A DNA stretch of 64,000 nucleotides. Origin: Squalus acanthias. Lineage: Eukaryota. The notes under the pieces were generated by a model that was not told the origin of the DNA, did no database searches, and saw only the letters and a list, made by a program, of their open reading frames with translations. The DNA is taken from contig CM059431.1 in the NCBI GenBank assembly GCA_030390025.1, positions 104,162,001 to 104,226,000 on the forward strand, read 5' to 3'. Within the stretch, counting starts at the first letter, position 1; each line of letters starts with the position of its first letter. The position numbers and the translations under genes are program-made. Below, in pieces: positions 24,389-37,779 of this stretch.

Positions 24389-24860
24389 AAAAGAAAGACT
24401 TACATTTATGTAGCGCCTTTCACGACCACCGGACGTCTCAAAGTGCTTTACAGCAAATGAAGTACTTTTCGAGTGTAGTCACTGTTGTAATGTGGGAAAT
24501 GCGGCAACCAATTTACGCACAGCAAGCTCCCACAAACAGCAATGTGATAATGACCAGATAAACTGTTGTTGTTATGTTAATTGAGGGATAAATATTGGCC
24601 CCAGGACACCGGGGACAACTCCCAAACTCTCCTTCAAAATAGTGCCATGGGATCTTTTACATCCAGCCGAGAGAGCAGACGGGGCCTCGATTTAACGTTT
24701 CATCCGAAAGACGGCACCTCCGACAGTGCAGCACTCCCTCAGCACTGCACTGGGAGTGTCAGCCTAGCTTTATGTGCTCAAGCCCCAGGAGTGGGACTTT
24801 GAACCCACAACCTTCTGACTCAGAGGCGAGGGTGCTACCCACTGAGTCACAGCTGACACT
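24389..24860 (-). mobile_element. Full-length Deu-domain SINE (SacSINE1-like)
   Basis: tRNA-like head with A/B boxes, Deu core, L2-like 3' end aaaggcgctacataaatgtaagtc(tttc)n. Confidence 0.9.
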
Positions 24861-25348
24861 GTACTATAGGCAATCAAGGGACTCTTAATTTAGTGCCCTC
24901 AGTCACTGACTCTGGAGTTATACGGCCACTTTCAGATTAAAATGCGACAATAAGTTACTTCTCATCAATGTGAAATGCAGCTATAATGGAAATCCAAGAG
25001 CTGTCAATGGCAAGAAAGGGCTGAAAGCATATAGTATGAGAGAAATAACAATCATTACACTTTTCTGACTTTTCTGTACACTTAGGTTTTCTGCCCTGTA
25101 GTTTTTCATTGATTTTTATGGGGAAGAGCTATGTGGGAGAATGGAGAACCTCTCAGGATCATTGCTTGATTGACTCAGACTCTGTACTTTGAAGTCTCCT
25201 TGTATTTTGAACTCAGCCGGGGACTGTTCTATCAAATGGTTTGGGGGCAGTCTGGTCCAAAAGTAAGTGTTCCAGGCATACACCTGTTAGAGACAGAAAA
25301 TGCTGAAAACACTCTCCAGGTCAGGCAGCATCTGTGGGGAACAATTCA

Positions 25349-26092
25349 GGGGGAGAAATTGAGTATCGCCCCGTTTGGGGCGTTAACTTTAGCGTTAACT
25401 AAAAAAATGGCGCCGGGCGCTGCGCCAGTGAATCCGACGCGAACTTCGGGTTTAGCGCGCCAGGAAGGAAGTGCAGCGCTAAATCAAGTGCAACCACTTC
25501 CCTTGGAGCGCTAAAGTTTGTCAAGAGGGGTGGTAGCGGTGCAGCCCTGCCCAATGTCGAGGGCAGCGCTGTCGGGAACGGAGGCTCCTTCCCTCCCTTA
25601 AAGGGAAGGGCCATCGCTGCAGGCTCTGCTTTAAATCGATGTCCCTCGTCGCCGACGACAGCCGCGATCCGCGACGATCAGCCCCAAGCACTCTAACAGC
25701 GTGCAGGGCCGATCGATCGCGGCACAGGAAAAAGTTGAAAAAACAACCTAAGGGGTGAAGACAGATTTTTCATTGACACAAGCGGCCTTACCTTTTAAGT
25801 GCCGTTCCCCAAGCCTCCCTAACAATGCCTCCTGCAGCTGTCGGTGTTATCGGCCGACGATGCTGCAGGGGGCGGAACCGAAGTTCGGATCCGGGGGGCT
25901 GCGCAGCCGGATGACGTCACGGTCTCCGGGCACAGGAGAGCGTGGCGTCAGTGGTTACCGCCGCCGCAAACCTCCACCTCAATTTCGCGGGCGTCGGTAC
26001 TATCGCCACACCCGGTCGCAAAGCTGGTAGCGCCCTGTTATCACCCCCCGGAGCCACTAACGGGAGGCGCAAAGGAGGTGAATTTCTAGCCC
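25349..26092. mobile_element. Non-autonomous Harbinger-like MITE
   Basis: TIRs GGGGGAGAAATT / AATTTCTAGCCC; subtermini similar to family A (atcgccccgtttggggcg; taacgggaggcgc). Confidence 0.78.
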
Positions 26093-26562
26093 TTTCATCT
26101 GTTAAACCTTGATGACAGTTTCCCCAGAAGTCAGGTACATTGGCTGTCTTCAATTCACTATTTGTTATGTACGTCCCATTGGAAAGTAGATTCTGCGATC
26201 CTATGATCAAACTGAGATTCTTACAGGAAGAGGCATCCTATCTTGAAACATTCTTATATATATAGATATATTTATTGATGATTTTCTTCTAGTATTTCTG
26301 TGGAATTGTTGTTTTTGATGCATCCATATAATGTTAGATGCTTCCGTGTGATGCTTGATCATCTTACGCCTGTTGTAAACCAGAATGTTTCGGCAATGAG
26401 AGCAAATGTTCTGAGGGTAACAGAGTTTTAATAGTGTCGGATACCTTAGCATAAAGTATGATTGAGATCACACTTGGAGACTTGTGACAAGTTTATTTTT
26501 CTCATATTAGTTATGAAAGGCAAAATGCAACTGAATTTATTCCGTTGCCATTATGAACGAAG

Positions 26563-28261
26563 TGGGGTTTTTTTCACAGCGGGTTGGGACCCCGCTGCCA
26601 CGCGCCTTTCCCAATGTCAGGTCTCTCAGCGCTGAGCAGACCCGACACGCAGTGGCGGGGGACACAATTAAGCTCATTATGACCTTGTTTAGACATCATT
26701 AAGAAAACACTTTTCTTTACGTGCTGGCCCACGGGGTCCTCGCTGCTCGGGGAGCACGTCTGTTAAACTGAGGCGGGAAATGAATAGCCATTGAATCAGC
26801 TGATTACTTGAGATCTGCTATAACAGCTCCCACCTCACAGCTGTTCACTTTCCAAGCTCATAAGCTGTTGCTGACAGCATTTGGAAGACAGATTGAGCTT
26901 TATGCAGATTGCAAGCGTTTGGACCAAACTCTCTATCCAGTGTCACCTCATTGGAACAACCTCTCTCACCATTGACAGATCGCTTCTGTCATCTTAGCTT
27001 CACCTGCCATCTATTCCATCAACATGGGTGCCCTTTATACTCTCTCACCTTGGTCCTTTGAATCCCACCACGATCAGCTCCAACACCAGCAGCACCAGGC
27101 ACACCAGCAGCACCAACAGCAACACCAACCTTCTCTGCAATCAACTGATACTGCACAGGACAGAGGGCATCAGCACCCGACCACATTGCTGCCCGAGAGG
27201 CTAGAGATGGCCTCACCATGGCCAGATTTACTTCACTTTACGCTGTACGTCCTGGCTGCCACATGATGCGCCAGGTTGGCACCACCCCACACCAACACCA
27301 TAAAGCATCCCTACAATGCCCAAGCCATTCCTTTCACACTCATCACCATTGCTGGGGGTACTATTATGTCTCACCATTCACTGCAACTCACTAAGCCACT
27401 TCCAAAGGTGCACACAAATCTGTCCAAGAACGGAAAGTGTTGAAAATAAAGGTTTCAATGTTTGACAGCACATCAACAGAAATGTTACATTAACATTGCA
27501 TAAAACACCCAAGTGGCTACCCTTGTGTGTTGTTAGTTGGTATGATTGCACTAGGATGAGGGTGATTGTGAAGGGTGGCTAGTGAGATGGGGAAGTGATA
27601 ATATAGATAGAGAGGGATGGGTGGAGGTGCAAGGTAAGTTGGTGTGAGTAAGCATGTGCAGGAGTAGGGTAGGGAAGGCAGAGTGATGGGGATGTGATGA
27701 GAGGCACAGCAGGGTGAGGTTGAGTGTGGCTTTGTACTAATGTTTCATGATCTACTGAGATCATCGAAATGTTTGTGGCACTGCACCCAGGTCCTCCTGA
27801 CCACATCCCTGCTTGTGCCCTCCTCTGTAATGTGCAACCAGGCTGTGTTGATCTCCTGGGGAGGTCTCTTCCGCCCATGGGAAGGGAAGAGGACCTCCCT
27901 GCATGCTGTGACTCCCTCCATAAGCATGTGGAGGGAGTCATGGGAGAGCCTGGGTGCAGCCTTGTGCCTTTGTGCAGTCATTGTCAGTGTTTGCAGCCCC
28001 TCAATGCTGTAGAACACTGACAACACAAATGTCAAAATAAAGCTGGCCATGGTCCCTTTAAGGAAACCGGCTGATGACGCGTCATCAAATTATGTCACCA
28101 GACCCGCTTCCTCTAATTGGCCGGGAAATGTGCTGGGCGGGGCTTAACAAGCCCAATCATGGGAAAATCATTTTCCAGAGCGCGATGGAACCAACAGCGG
28201 GGTCGGGACGCGCCACCGACGTCGCACGCCACGGACCCGCCGAGGTTAGTAAAATCCGGCC
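26563..28261 (-). mobile_element. Non-autonomous Harbinger family B, left end truncated
   Basis: Myb remnant AAPRLSHDSLHMLMEGVTACREVLFP..AWLHITEE..RRTWVQCHKHFDDL (27745-27970, minus); right TIR aaaatccggcc. Confidence 0.85.
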
Positions 28262-28446
28262 TGGGTCTTTGGTCATTGAGCTCTAAATATTGGTTTAGTA
28301 ATTTATTGAATAAACAGATGACTGGGAACATGATCCTAGTTTTAAGATCATGAGGTGGGACAGAGCTAATCTGGAGAAATTCTTTTTCTGGAATCAAAGG
28401 ATATATTTGTAAGATAAGGATAGTTCATGTTCTTAAGAAAAGAAGA

Positions 28447-28914
28447 AAATAAAGACTTCCATTTATATAGCGCCTTTAGCGACCTCAGGACATCTCAAAG
28501 CGCTTTACAGCCAATGAATTACTTTTGAAGTGTAGTCACTGTTGTAATGTGGGAAATGCAGCAGCCAATTTGTGCACAGCAAGCTCCCACAAACAGCAAT
28601 GTGATAATGACCAGATAATCTGTTTTAGTGATATTGATTGAAAGATAAATGTTGGCTCCAGGACACCAGGGATAACTCCCCTGCTCTTCTTCAAAATAGT
28701 GCCGTGGGATCTTTTATGTCCACCTGAGAGGGCAGACAGGGATTGGTTTAACATCTCAACCGAAACAACGGCACCTCCGACAGTGCGGCGCTCCCTCAGC
28801 ACTGCACTGGGAGTGTCAGCCTAGATTTTTGTGCTCAAGTCTCTGGAGTGGGACTTGTACCCACAACCTTCTGACTCAGAGGCAAGAGTGCTGCCCACTG
28901 AGCCACAATTGACA
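28447..28914 (-). mobile_element. Full-length Deu-domain SINE
   Basis: Colinear with 24389-24860 and 57714-58182. Confidence 0.9.
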
Positions 28915-29999
28915 CATTTCGGTTAAGTGCATGTCCTTCCAAAAAATCTCCCTAATCTCCCCTGACAAATGTACACATATAATAGCTTGAATTTCTAATA
29001 TATTTCAATGACCCTGCTGTCTTAATTCGCATTAACCGATATTTGCAAAGATATGGAGTGCGATGAATCGTTTTGGATCAAGCTTGTTGGTTTGAAAATA
29101 AACACATCAATACAGTATTGCATTTACATCAGGCAAGGATTATGGTTCACAATTAAGTGATAAAACCGCTGAACTGATGGCTTGTCAAAGCAGACAAATA
29201 CAGTGTAACAAAATTACATTTGGAAACATACCTAATCTTAGCAGGTGTGCTTAATCGATAATTAAATTATCCTGTCTGGAGCACAAGTTGCCACTAAACA
29301 TGAATCTAATGGTAGAAATCAAGATATTTAAATCTTAATATTGCGTTCTATCCAGCATATCTGCAGCACGGGAAATAGTAAGTACTTCAGGGCTCAAACA
29401 AGGAGTGACTTTATTGGACAAATACCAGTTCAGAACCACGCTCATTTCAACCTCAAGGCTTTATCAAAGCTCTTTGCCACTTTCTTAATCTGCATGAACA
29501 TTAAGAAGATTAGACAATGTAATACCAAAATCAATAAACCAATTTTCAGCCAATACCATGTCTAGTAATACCTCTGGGGAGCTTTACCTGTGGTTAGATT
29601 TTTGATTCCCCATTAACAATATTTTCTTAGTCTGATCCTCCATTTAACAATTGATGCACCACTAGCTGATCTCCTACAGCAGTGCTCATGGATTTTGCAT
29701 TTGTATACGTACTGTCGATAGTGATTGATTTTTACAGAATGATCTGCTAAATGAAATATTGTGCTAATCATAAGGATGCTCCTATTACAAAGCTTGCATT
29801 GTGATGGGAATTCTTTCTATTATTCTGTGTTTTGTTAGTCCATTAATCCTTTGTATTTATCTATATCATCTGCAAAAATGTATCTGTTCACTCTTGGTGT
29901 GTGCTTGTCCATCTCTTTTGTGCATTTTGATTGGTTCGTGGGAAGCAGGGAAGCTCCACGATGAGCCTTGTTATTAATTCCCCTGACATCATCGTTGTG

Positions 30000-30510
30000 T
30001 GGAGCGCCATGTCCGACAGGGTCAGGGGGGGCGTTTTTGCAGCTGAGGCGGCAAAAATTAAAGGCCAGGTGACAGGCGACCCATTTTATTTTGGGGCCAC
30101 CTGTCAGCACCTGCCCCCTCTGCCCTCCTCCGGCGGGTTCTGGCCGCGTTCTGTCAGCCCGGCACTCCTCATGAGTGCCGGCGCTCTTTTGCCGGCACCC
30201 CGCTCCCCCGGTGATCCAGCAGGGCCCCCGGTGCACGCTGCGCTAGGCCCCTTCCCTTTAATGAGGGGAGGGAGGCCTGCAGTACCTGCGGCGCAACGTG
30301 CCGACGCGTGTGGCGCTGCTGCAAGCAGCGCCGCGATATTCAATGGGAGCACCCCAAGAGGGAGGGGAGCGCTTCCAGTAGTGACCCATCTCCTGCTTGG
30401 GGCGCTACCATTCAATTTCAGGCGCGGGGACGCTAACTTTTTCGGGGCGCTAAAAGTAGCGCGCCGGCAAATTTAACGCCCCAAAGGTGGCACGAGCCAA
30501 TTTTTGCCTC
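30000..30510 (-). mobile_element. Partial GC-rich MITE (family E)
   Basis: Inverted homologue of 61721-62170; end ggcacgagccaatttttgcctc matches the TIR gggggaaaaattggctcgtgcc. Confidence 0.75.
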
Positions 30511-30559
30511 ACAGAGTGTGATGTAGAAAGTATTAAAGAGCGGAAGAAAAGTAGACGAG

Positions 30560-31013
30560 ATGGGAAGAGATTGAGTAAACTAGGCCTATATTCTCTTGAA
30601 TTGAGAAGAATGAGAAGGGATCTCATTGAAGCATACAAAATTATTACAATGCTTGATAGGGTGGATGCTGGGAGAATGTTTCCCTTAGCTGGGGAGTCTA
30701 GAACCAGGGGCCACAGCCTCAAGATAAAGGGTAGGCCATTCAGGACTGAGATGAGAAAAAATTTCTTCACACAGAGGGTGGTGAATCTTTGGAATTCTCT
30801 ACCCCAGAGGGCTGTGGAGGCTCAGTCATTGGGTAAATTCAAAACAGAAGTCGATAGATTTCTGACTAGTAAGGGCATCAAGGGATATGGCGATAGGGCC
30901 GGTGAATGGAGTTGAGGCAGAAGATCAGCCATGATCTCATTGAATGGCGGAGCAGGCTCGAAGGGCCGAATGGCCTACTCCTGCTCCTTTTTCTTATGTT
31001 CTTATGTTCTTAT
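30560..31013 (+). mobile_element. CR1 LINE 3' fragment
   Basis: RLSKLGLYSLELRRMRRDLIE...FFTQRVVNLWNSLPQ; (ttcttatg)n tail. Confidence 0.92.
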
Positions 31014-31902
31014 AGACAGATGGTTACAATTTATATCTCATTTCTATCTGCGAGCAATGCCACATAAGATCAACTATACTATATAATATATTGCAGCATG
31101 AGTCTCCCATCATTATACAACAGCATATCCTCCAATTAAAAAATAACAGCAAATTATACACAAGTGCCCAAAAGTTAAATCTATCTTAAATAGTTGATGT
31201 TAATTGACAATCCATAAAGATGTCCCATTGAGCTACTTAAGTTTGGGTGGTACTGCAATACAGTAAAAGTAGATTACTCAAAATCTGTTCAAACAATCCT
31301 GGAAACTATTGTTAGTCTGATTATTAAAATTCTTCGGGGTGATTTATCAAAAAGCATGCATCATTTGGCTGGTTTCTCGTAGATGAAGCCTGACCATTGT
31401 TTGTGTAAAGTACCAGTCTGTTCATCGAGCTGGCCAAAACGCCCGCCCTGTTTTCTTACATTCTGATGATCTCATTTGGATCAGGCTGTAGTATCCTCCC
31501 TCGTGTTCCTTTAATTCCCCATTGACCACTGGCTACTATTCCATTTTGTGTTTGTAACTTTATTCTGGCAATTTTATTTGCTGTGTTTTATTTTTATGGT
31601 CACTTTAAAAGGTCAAATTTGAACAGCTACCAAACTAAAGAGCTACCACACTGCAAACACAAGTGAAGAGAAAACGTTGCAGTATGGTTTAGGTCATGCA
31701 TTATTGCTTTTCCTAACTGGAACAAAAATCTACTTAACAATTTACAACTATATTACTGACTATCTTGATCTGGTTACAAAAGATTGCTTTTTGCTGCCTC
31801 GCTTCCTTCTTCTGCGATTTCAAAAACTTAAACCAAACATACTCCCTAATACTCTTTTTCATTCAGTCCTAGTTGTAATATATTTATATAATATATATAT
31901 AT

Positions 31903-32275
31903 GTAGCAGTGTGTACCATCTACAAGATGCAGTGCAGCAACTCGCCAAGGCTTCTTCGGCAGCACCTCCCAAACCCACGACCTCTTCCACCTAGAAGGAC
32001 AAGGGCAGCAGGTGCATGGGAACACCACCACCTCCAAGTTCCCCTCCAAGTCACACACCATCCTGACTTGGAAGTATATCGGCCGTTCCTTCATCGTCGC
32101 TGGGCCACAATCCTGGAACTCCCTCCCTAACAGCACTGTGGGAGCACCTTCACCACACGGACTGCAGTGGTTCAAGAAGACGGCTCACCACCACCTTCTC
32201 AAGGGCAATTAGGGATGGGCAATAAATGCTGGGCCTTGCCAGCGATGCCCACACCCCATGAATGAATATTTAAAA
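31903..32275 (+). mobile_element. 3' fragment of LINE family 2
   Basis: Homologous to 20465-20830. Confidence 0.88.
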
Positions 32276-32280
32276 AGTAC

Positions 32281-32281
<1 letters not shown>

Positions 32282-32318
<37 letters not shown>

Positions 32319-32329
32319 GTACGTGTGTG
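32282..32329. repeat. (TG)n microsatellite
   Basis: About 16 perfect TG units followed by imperfect units. Confidence 0.95.
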
Positions 32330-32475
32330 CATTTTGCTAGCCTCACCAGCAAAATAATGTATTCTGTATTAAATGCTATTTCACTCTTATCCTTGTTAAA
32401 CACTGGTTCTTCTGCCTCATCATGAGTAACACCATGGAAGATCTGCTAATATGTTAATAATGTTATAAAGATAGT

Positions 32476-33239
32476 GGGCCAGAAATTTGGCTCCCTGGCT
32501 TCCCGCGGGTGCAAGGATCGCGCGCGCACCTACCTACCGCGTCTGCCGTTGACCTCTGGGCCCACGGGGACTTCAGCTCCTGGACCTCCTGCTGCTGCCG
32601 GCGCGCAGTGCTTGTGTATCCCAGGGGCGTAGTTAGTGTGATGCGTTCCTTGGGATCACGTGGGCCATGGAGAGCCAATGGCAGCAGACCATCTTTCATT
32701 CATAGATTTGACAGGAAGACCTGTCAAATCTATGAATACAGATCAGCCCCAAAACATCCCTAAAACTACAAATAAATTTAAAAAAACATCACATTTTAAA
32801 AATAACTATAAATTACATTAATTAACTATTTTAAACAAAAATTTACATTTTTGAAAAAATTAATTAAATTTTTTAACGGGGCTAAAACTAAATTTACCTT
32901 TCTTTAAAGTAATTAGAAAAGATAAATCTGTGAACAAAATGTTTCAACTTTAATAAAATCAACACTTACCTTGTTAAAAGAAGGCCTTGCGCATCCTTTT
33001 TAAAAGTGTATCTTCTCTGTGCTTACCTTCACGGAGGAACCTGTAAAAAAATCCGAAGTGCAAGGCGAACGCGCTGACCCTCCGGCGTGCGCGTTCGACC
33101 TCTGAACCCCTTTCCTCAGGGGAACGGAAGTGCCGGTTTCCCACGCATGCGCAGTGCATGCAAGAAACCGGCACTTTTGTTCCGTCCACGGGTGAGTACA
33201 CAGTGCGTACTCACCCGACAACAGCCGAATTTCTGCCCC
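32476..33239. mobile_element. Non-autonomous Harbinger-like MITE family C (764 bp)
   Basis: TIRs GGGCCAGAAATT / AATTTCTGCCCC; AGT TSD; GC-rich arms, AT-rich core; homologue at 46178-46941. Confidence 0.9.
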
Positions 33240-33901
33240 AGTGTATTATTCCTTTCCTGTTTGACACGTCACACTTCCAATGTCACTATTCAGCATCATA
33301 CCTTTTGATTGGTGCACACCTTCGTATTAATTTTTTGATTGGCTAAAATTCATATTCATTATAACAAATCAAATCTGAGTAGATAAATGGACAAATCAAA
33401 AATGAAGGAACCAATTACAAACCTGCCAATCAGGAAGTACCTGGCACATAAAAAAGCAATAAAATTCAAGGATGAGCAAGTGGGAAAACCTATCGGTGCA
33501 AGAAAGGAGAAGCTGAACCAATCACATTTTTCAGCCAGTTCATTCCATACAGGTACAATAGTTTAAAAATCTATTTTGTGACAAAATAAAGCAATAAAGA
33601 TTATTATTTTACACAAAACATGGAATCCATGGCCCTTGGACAGCCCTACTGTTCTAGCCCAGTTCTCCATCCCTTACCCCATGCCAGGAAATTGCTTGGT
33701 GTACAGCAGCCCTTTACTGGCTGCTATTACCTGGCATTCTGGCCCCAGCGCTCCATGAATGATGTTGCTGGAGTTGAAGTTAATGATTTTGTTGCAGGTG
33801 AATGCAGTGCCTGCACGGCACTGGTGGTGTAGCATGTGGAAAACATAATCAGCCTCATAAAAATGTATTAATGCAGCTGCATTGGGTAAGTAAAACACTA
33901 A

Positions 33902-35678
33902 GGCCGAGATTTTCCGGGGAGGGCCAGCGGGCACGATCGGTGGCGGGTCGAGTGGGAAAGTGTTTTTTTTCCCCAGTGGGTTCGGGACCCCGCTGTGAAC
34001 CCGCCGCCACGCGCCTTACACCGATGTCGGGTCTGTCAGCGCTGAGCAGACCCAACACACAGCGGCGGGGGACCCAGTTCAGGTAATTATGACCTTGTTT
34101 AGAGATCATTAAGAATACATTGAGCTCACCTTTTGATTTTACATGCTTGCCTACGGGGTCCTCACTGGTCGTGCACCACGTCTGTCAAGCTGAGGCGGGA
34201 GTTCAGTGGCCATTGAATCAGCTGCTGAGTTGACAGCTTCAAATGTACAAAAAAAGCTCCCCCCTTACAGAGATACCTTCCCTCAGCCACAAGCTCTTCC
34301 TCACTGCATTTACACAACAGATTCACCATGCTGCAAGTCTTTACACAAGTCTTCATCCATTCTGACCTCATTACCTCTCTCACCATTGACAGATCGCTTC
34401 TGTCATCTCTACTTCACCTGCCATCTATTCCATCAGCATGGGTGCCCTTTATACTCTCTCACTTTGGTCCTCAGAATCCCACCACGATTAGCCCCAACAC
34501 CAGTAGCACCAGGCACACCAACAGCACCAACAACAACACCACCAACCATCTCTGCAATCACCTGATGCTGCACAGGACAGAGGGCATCAGCACCCGACCA
34601 CATTGCTGCCTAGGAGGTTAGGGATGGCCTCGCCATGGCCAGATTTACTTCACTTGATGCTGTTCACCCTGGCTACCACACGATGTGCCAGGTTGGCACC
34701 ACCTCACACTAACACCAGAAAGCATCCCTACAATGACAAAGCCATTCCTTTCACACTCATCACCATTGCGGGGGGTACCGTTATGTCTCACCATTTACTG
34801 CAACTCAATAAGCCACTTCCAAAGGTGCACACAAATCTGTCCATGAATGCAAAGTGTTGAAAATAAAGGTTTCAATGTTTGACACCACATTAACAGAAAC
34901 TTTAAATGAACATTGCCTAAAACACTCAAGTGCCTACCCTTGAGTGTTGTTAGTTGGTATGATTGGACTAGGATGAGGGTGAGTGTGAGGGGTGGCTAGT
35001 GAGATGGGGATGTGATAATGTAGATAGAGAGGGATTGGTGGAGGTCCAAGGTAAGTTGGTGTGAGTAAGGAAGTGCAGGAGTCGGGTAGGGAAGGCAGAG
35101 TGATGTGGATGTGATGAGTGGCACAGCAGGATGAGGTTGAGTGTGGCTTTGTACTAACGTTTCATGATCTACTGAGATAATTGAAAGGTTTGTGCCACTG
35201 CACCCAGGGCCTCCTGATGACATCTCTGCTTGTGCCCTCCTCGGTAATGTGCAACCAGGCTGCGTTGATATCCTGGGGAGGTCTCTTGTGCCCATGGGAA
35301 GGGAAGAGGACCTCCCTGCATGCTGTGACTCCCTCCATAAGCATATGGAGGGAGTCATGGGAGAGCCTGGGTGCAGCCTTGTGCCTCTGTGCAGTGATTG
35401 TCAGTGTTTGCAGCACCTCAGCGCCGTAGAACACTGACAGCACAAATGTCAAAATAAAGTTGGCCATGGTCCCTTTAAGGAAACTGGCTGATGACGCGTC
35501 ATCGAATGACGTCACCTGACCTGCTTCCTCTAATTGGCTGGGAAACGTGCTGGGCAGGCTTAACAATCCCCAGCAAGGGAAATTAATTTTACAGAGTGTG
35601 ATGGAACCAGCAGCGGGTTCGGTACCCACCACCGACGACACCCGCCACGGACCCGCCGAGGTTAGTAATATCCCAGCC
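33902..35678 (-). mobile_element. Non-autonomous Harbinger family B (~1.78 kb)
   Basis: TAA TSD (33899-33901 / 35679-35681); TIRs GGCCGAGATTTT / AATATCCCAGCC; Myb remnant 35162-35410 (minus). Confidence 0.9.
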
Positions 35679-35795
35679 TAAATTTTAATTTTCCGAGGAA
35701 TTATACTATATGCTACTCTGTAGGCAAGTCAATCATGATGAAATACTATGCAAAGCTCAACAGAATATCTATTCAGATATTCTCAGTCTAGGTGA

Positions 35796-36022
35796 AAGAA
35801 AGAAAGACTTGCATTTATATAGCGCCTTTCATGAGCTCAGGATGTCCCAAAGCTCTTTACAGCCAATGAAGTACTTTTGAAGTGTAGTCACTGTTGTATT
35901 GTAGGAAACTTGACCACCAATTTGCGCACAGCAAGCTCCCACAAGCAGCAATGTGATAATGGCCTGATAATCTGTTTTAGTAATGCTGGTTGAGGGATAA
36001 ATATTGGCCCCAGGACACCAGG
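35796..36022 (-). mobile_element. Deu-SINE 3' half
   Basis: Matches the 3' half of the other SINE copies. Confidence 0.85.
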
Positions 36023-37044
36023 GAAGAAGTGTGTTACACATAAAGATGAATAAGAGGGTAAGGGACAGAAATGCAGAAGGGAATGTGGTTGAGACAATTC
36101 ATATAACTTTTGCTCTATCCCAGTTGTTTTTGTGTGTGAAAGCTAGCACTCCGCCATGAGATGCTAATTCAAATTGCCGAAGATATCATTCTATTCGACT
36201 GGTTCTTTTTCAAAACAAGATTTCTGCCAAACAGCATGTAATAATCCGCATGGCAACTGCCATACTAAAGTATGGAGGGTTACACACCACCCATCATCCA
36301 TTTCCACTTCCATCGTCATCAATAGACGTACATCGATTGCCGCCACCTTCACACGTTCCTCCAACACGCCACAGATCCAATATCTTGAGAAGTTTTTCCG
36401 AGATATTAAAATTTATGCTTCTCACTTTCGATGCTATCGCAATAACCAGTCATATGGTCTAGTGTCGCGATTATGTCACAGCGAAATGTGCCTCGTCTGA
36501 TTTATTTCATACCTTATTTTGCTGTTTGTTTTACACAGAGTTACATTCGGCCCAACTGGCCCGTGCCTCTGTTTATGCTCCACACGAGCCTCCTCCCACC
36601 CTACTTCATCTCTACACCTTCTCTACATTTTATAATTATTTTGTGTGTTTCTCATCTCTTCTATTTTATTGGTCTATAAATGTAGAAACTACACATATTT
36701 ATATTCCCTCTATTTTAAAAAAACCATTTAATAAACTTATGTAGTCCCTGTCATGTTCTATAATGTAGCTAAATGACTACTTAAAGCTTTGAGGTGAACA
36801 TTACATATATTGAGCAGTGCCGTTCCCAGGAGCATTTTGTTTCCTGAATCCTGTAAACAAATGTTAGTAAAATGTTCTTTTACCATTATAGAAGCATTTT
36901 ACTTGGACTCAGGAGAAAAGGTGGCAATTATTCCCTTTAGGATCTATATATGAGCATGAACAGAAATTGAGTTAGAATGGAACTAGTAACAAGATGACCA
37001 TCAATATCAAAAATGTCAAAAATCATCAACTACTGGACCACCAG

Positions 37045-37779
37045 GGGCCGTATTTTGCGACCCCTACGGTTGTGTACGAGGTGTGTACACGCCCGTAAGG
37101 GCCGCGCAAGTTCCGGGTTTAGGCATGCGCTGCGCATGCGCTGAAACCCGGAACTTGTGATCTGTCAAGAATTCTTGACAGATCCTCCGCATCCCCGGGA
37201 GAAGGGCCTCCGTGGGCGGAGAGTTGCGCTATTTGCCCAACCTCCGCCCACTGAAGGCCCGTGAAATTTTTATGTCTGGTAAAAACAGGCGTAAGGCCTG
37301 CTTTCACCAGCATAAGAGTTTTAAAAAATAGAAAAATAAAATGTTACCACTCATGTATACATTAAAAACCCTGTCCAATAAGGTAAGTTTATTTTTAGTC
37401 CCGTTAAATTTTTGTTTAAAATATTTAATTAAATGGCATTTTAATTAATTTTGAATATGTAATTTAAAAAAAAAATTATTTAATGTGTTGGTGTATTTTT
37501 TAAGTGATCCCCATTCATACTTACGGGGTTTCCGTACGTACGCAACTCCCATAAGTGTGAATGGGATTAACTTCCTTTATTGGTTGGGCCAGCCCACGTG
37601 ATCCCAGGGGCGCTTGCAAACCGCCTGCACCCTGGGATACGTGGGGCTCTGCCCGCGCGGACCCGGAGAGGCCCAGGATCGCGAGTCTGCGTACCTCCCG
37701 GGTCACCAGATAAAGGCGTAGATTTTTTACAGGTCAGAGGCGTCCGCCCGCGGGAAACCTCCGAACGCAAATTTTGGGT
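37045..37779. mobile_element. Non-autonomous Harbinger-like MITE family D
   Basis: Degenerate TIRs gggccgtattttgcg / cgcaaattttgggt; possible CAG TSD; homologous to 53013-53672. Confidence 0.78.
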
